Origin: Eledone cirrhosa | Lineage: Eukaryota | Length of the DNA stretch: 64,000 nucleotides | Direction of reading: 5' to 3' | NCBI GenBank assembly: GCA_964016885.1 | Contig: OZ024742.1 | Location: forward strand, 148,118,001 to 148,182,000 | Shown: in pieces, positions 55,336-64,000 of the stretch | How the letters are laid out: the number at the start of each line of letters is the position of its first letter | Numbering within the stretch: the first letter of the stretch is position 1 | The notes under the pieces: model-generated | What the model was told of the DNA's origin: nothing | Database searches by the model: none | Seen by the model: only the letters and a program-made list of their open reading frames with translations | Translations under genes and position numbers: made by a program

Positions 55336-57386
55336 CATGATATTAGCATATTTACACAATCGATTCAAACTCCGAACCACATTATTAGATCTAGACAAAC
55401 ACGTAGAAATAAAAATGATATAACCCACGCTAGCCCAAACTGCAACTACAGAATTAATACAAATGACCCACTTAAGGAAAATTGTGTAATTAGCAGTGTG
55501 GTCTATCAATTACGGAAAGAAGAACGCAAATATACATAGGAGCAACAGCCAATTCCTTTAAAAAAAATATAAATATCATTCCAACACAAACTTTTTCAAG
55601 CATAATAAATTAGCTAGTACAACCTTTTTAAGTGAAGCAATTAACAAATATAACCTCAAACATATCAAATATAATTTAGAAGGGAATATCCTCAAAAAAA
55701 AAAAAAAAAAAAAAAAAGAACCGTATAACAAATGGAGTGCTCGCTTTGCGATTTTCCAAATATTGATTGCCAAACAACCATTTCTAAATTAAAAAACCCC
55801 ACCAAAACAGGAACTTACAATATCATGCGACCACAAAATCCTAAAAACATTTGAATTCTACAAACCAACCTAACCTCTAACTAATAACATTAATCTACCT
55901 TCTTCTATTACCATACAGGCTCATATACCCTTTCCCGAAGAAGGATCCCACAAGCCAGCGATCACTAGGTCCCTATCGGAAAACCTAAACCGGAACCTCT
56001 GTAAATCAACTATTATTATGTATTTCTATATATACATTTCGTAAAATAAGCAATTATCTTTTATCCATCATATCAATTCCGCAACTTCCTAACTCACATG
56101 TTTTACGTAAGCTCTTCATACGCCTATATAACGATATTGTTTTTTCAGCTATGCAACCGTTAATCTCTCATAGTTTACACATGACCAACCTCAGACCTGT
56201 GTACTCTCCCCGTCCGACAGGGAAATCTCCTCGTTTGGGCTCATTTCTTCCCATCTCCCCGTTTTTGTGAAAATGGGTATAACTTTCATTAAGTAAAATA
56301 TTCCCATTTTGTCTCATTTCTTTTGAGCACTTTTTTTCATAGTACTTTCCGTTTGGGTTTTTAGAGGTTGGCAGGTGTCCTAATATACGCAATCCCACGG
56401 TGTAGCTCGGACAGACAGCCGAACAAGTAGCCGATTAACTAATACTAAAGAAACTCTCGGGTTTCGAATAATCGTCCCCACCCCTGCTTATTAAGTTATC
56501 AGATTTTTTCCAGCTTCCCCCCGCTTATTAAATTTTACCCATCTATCTCCGGTGAAATTATATTTTAAGTGGTAGCATTTCTGCGACAATTTTCTTTATA
56601 CATTAAAAGAAAACTTTATACATGACAAAAAAGTGCATTACTAGAAATCCCATACGTTATAAAATATATAGGATGAGTTGGGATCTCAATATGTAAACTA
56701 AACAACGTACCAATAAGGAAACACATTTCATTAATAAATTTCAACCACTACTCAATGCCCTAAAAATCGGACCAATCTAAAACTGCAACAAACCATCAAA
56801 CATTTACAAGAGTTACCTCCCTCACACCCTACCTAATCCTTTTTCTTAAATAAATTAAATATCACCCAGCAAGAATTGCTTCCCCCTGCATATTAACTCT
56901 CTAAAAAGGGAAATCATATCAAACCACAGTCCACCATTTGCCTCCTTCACGGAACCATGGTTCAACTAAGCACTCTTGCTTGTAAATAACATTATTTTTT
57001 CTTCCACATTGACTTTTTACGTTCCATATTATGCACGTCTTTTTTTCCTTTTTCTTTTTTCTTTTCACTTCTTAAACCTTGTTTGTATATAACATTATTC
57101 TTTCTGCACCTTCTGTTTAACATGTGCGCCACCACACTAATACATTTCACTATCATTTGATAATGCATATAAATGCTGAAACCGGTAATAGACAATAATT
57201 AAATATATAAATAGATAAATAAATGTCATTGTTAAATAATAAATAAATCAACTAATAACTTAACACTTCACACAAAGTAAAACATTTCGTTTTAATCATT
57301 TTCTAAACCAGAAAAAAGAGAGAGAGAGAAACAAAAAAAGGAAACAAATATATTTTTCTTCCTCATAATCGTCTCATTCTCCCTGT

Positions 57387-57416
<30 letters not shown>

Positions 57417-57417
<1 letters not shown>

Positions 57418-57627
57418 GGAAAAGAGTCAGGACCCCGACGGCAGAGCTCAAACCGTTTCTAGGGGTATTTCTGGGCTAAATAAAAATTTTAGCGTGGTGT
57501 TGATATAGCCGAACTCTTCAAGGGGTAATTCCACACTGACTCTTTTCCTATTACCCACTCTACTACCCAAAGTATCGAGTACTCTGGTGCGTTATGGTCC
57601 ATCTGGTTCCTTACAACACTTCCTTCG

Positions 57628-57630
<3 letters not shown>
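57417..57630. mobile_element. Family-A PLE mini-insertion (inverted HHR plus 3' terminus) in (TA)n
   Basis: Short inverted repeat AGGAAAAGAGTCAG/CTGACTCTTTTCCT; the terminus matches 7196-7275. Confidence 0.8.
57432..57526 (-). ncRNA. Family-A hammerhead, U3-G8 core, helix II decayed
   Basis: Reverse complement: ACCCC-TTGAAGA-GTTCGGCTAT...GAAA-CGGT-TTGAGCTCT-GCCG-TC-GGGGT. Confidence 0.6.
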
Positions 57631-61813
<4,183 letters not shown>

Positions 61814-61942
61814 ATCAGGACTCTGTTTTCCTTTTAATGTTTTATTGTTTTCTGAGATTTATCTTAACCTACAACATTCTCAACATATGGATTACATCGA
61901 ATTCTTCATGCAGAATAGACCCCCCAACTTACAGTGGATACC

Positions 61943-62016
<74 letters not shown>

Positions 62017-62024
62017 AAGGATCG

Positions 62025-62238
62025 ATCGACTTTCGTCAAATCGGACCGAGGAAACAATGTTTCCGTTGGTCTTTCCAGTTGCTAGTACTATCTATCGGTC
62101 GCAACTCCAGGTAGAAGGAGCAACGTGAAATAAAGTGTCTTGCTCAAGGACATAACGCATCGCCCGGTCCAGGAATCGAACTCACAACCTCAAGATTGTG
62201 AATCCAATTCTCTAACCATTCAGCCACACGCCTTCACT
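62025..62238 (-). mobile_element. CORE-like tRNA SINE
   Basis: Reverse complement of the family at 3780-3995. Confidence 0.8.
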
Positions 62239-62512
62239 ATATATATCATAAAACATGTCTATAGAATCACCAGATAAAATATATACCATTTCCTCTCCCA
62301 ATTAGCATAATTAACCATATAAAAAATCGAATAGACCAGGCTATAAGAATAAGGCTTCTATGAAGAAATCTCCAACAAATAACCGTAACCAGCCCTTCGC
62401 GCCGGCTGCCACGGAATATTTATCGAATATTTCGACAGCGTAATCGTAATATACAGTCAATTAAACAGAATTAGGTGTAAAATAAACTAGGAGAAAAGAG
62501 AATACATTTATT

Positions 62513-62591
62513 TACCTCGACCATGGTTTCGTCCGCATCTTAAGATCTCCGATAATTTCGGAAACTTGAGCACTGGACTCTTCAGGAGTTA
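62513..62591 (-). ncRNA. Type I hammerhead ribozyme, canonical C3-G8 core (family B)
   Basis: Inverted copy of 63353-63431 with an intact core. Confidence 0.85.
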
Positions 62592-62791
62592 GTTCAGATC
62601 TAGACAATAAATTTTCCAAAGTGATCGCGCCAAGAATACATTCAAAAATGGCTAAGAATCGTGACGTAGCAGTGGTCAGGTTGGAAGGAGTGTGGTTAGT
62701 TGCTTACGGCTGGTGGCTTTTTACTAGAAATCGCAGCACAATACAGCCAAATTTGTATCTCAACCTAACGGGAGATTATTACATATAAAGG

Positions 62792-62941
<150 letters not shown>

Positions 62942-63352
62942 TACATATACGTGTTTTGCAACGGGTAACTTTGTGGCTCAATGAAAAGTTAATAAATTAA
63001 ATAAGGAAATGGTATACATTTTATCTGGTGATTCTATAGACATGTTTCATGATATATAGCTCTGATTATTTAATTTATTAACTTTTCATTGAGCCACAAA
63101 GTGACCCGTTGCAAAACACGTATATGTATATATATATATATATATATGTAAACCTTTATATGTAATAATCTCCCGTTAAGTTGAGATACAAATTTGGGTG
63201 TATTATGCTGCGCTTTCTAGCAAAAAGCCACCAGCCGTAAGCAACTAACCACACTCCTTCCAACCTGACCGCTGCTACGTCACGATTCTTAGCCATTTTT
63301 GAATGTATTCTTGGCGCGATCACTTTGGAAAATTTATTGTCTAGATCTGAGC

Positions 63353-63431
63353 TAACTCCTGAAGAGTCCGGTGCTCAAGTTTCCGAAGTTATCGGAGATC
63401 TTAAAATGCGGACGAAACCATGGTCGAGGTA
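63353..63431 (+). ncRNA. Type I hammerhead ribozyme, canonical C3-G8 core (family B)
   Basis: (TAA)CTC-CTGAAGA-GTCC-(42 nt with a TTCCGA/TCGGAG hairpin)-GGAC-GAAA-CCATGG-TC-GAG(GTA). Helix III is the palindrome ACCATGGT. Confidence 0.88.
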
Positions 63432-63803
63432 AATAAATGTATTCTCTTTTCTCCTAGTTTATTTTACACCTAATTCTGTTTAATTGACTGTATATTACGA
63501 TTACGCTGTCGAAATATTCGATAAATATTCCGTGGCAGCCGGCGCGAAGGGCTGGTCTCGGTTATTTGTTGGAGATTTCTTCATAGAAGCCTTATTCTTA
63601 TAGCCTGGTCTATTCGATTTTTTATATGGTTAATTATGCTAATTGGGAGAGGAAATGGTATATATTTTATCTGGTGATTCTATAGATATGTTTTATGATA
63701 TATAGCTCTGATTATTTAATTTATTAACTTTTCATTGAGCCACAAAGTGACCCGTTGCAAAACACGTATATGTATATATGTATATATATATATATATGTA
63801 AAC

Positions 63804-63904
<101 letters not shown>

Positions 63905-64000
63905 TATAAAGAAAGTGCTCAAGCACAAAAATACTAGAAGCATAGCTTATAACATAGAGTGAAGACCCTTAAAAGACGGAAAAAGAATTTGCCAACCGTC

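Noticed and set aside
54892-55509. 205-aa ORF
   Set aside because: It reads through a SINE copy and has no recognisable domain.

Overview
AT-rich eukaryotic DNA, dense in microsatellites and almost entirely transposon-derived. I found no convincing host gene. The SINE families and microsatellite load suggest a mollusc, probably an octopus (inference). Nearly all short ORFs in the track are translations of simple repeats. Recognisable content: Penelope-like elements (PLEs; RT plus C-terminal GIY-YIG), two Tx1/L1-clade LINEs and older remnants, R4/Dong-like, CRE-like and RTE fragments, two tRNA-derived SINE families and non-autonomous Helitrons. The main hidden signal is at least 13 type-I hammerhead ribozyme (HHR) motifs from about 6 families. 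They lie in (TA)n-embedded PLE terminal repeats and in non-coding 0.55-0.65 kb units arranged as partial tandems plus inverted copies. Cores covary at positions 3-8 (C-G, U-G, U-A), helix II often carries long structured insertions, and helix III is often palindromic. A second system is a SINE whose 3' tail resembles the Tx1 3' tail; both pile up head-to-tail in (ATT)n/(AAT)n repeats. All structures were paired by eye and none was computed or tested.
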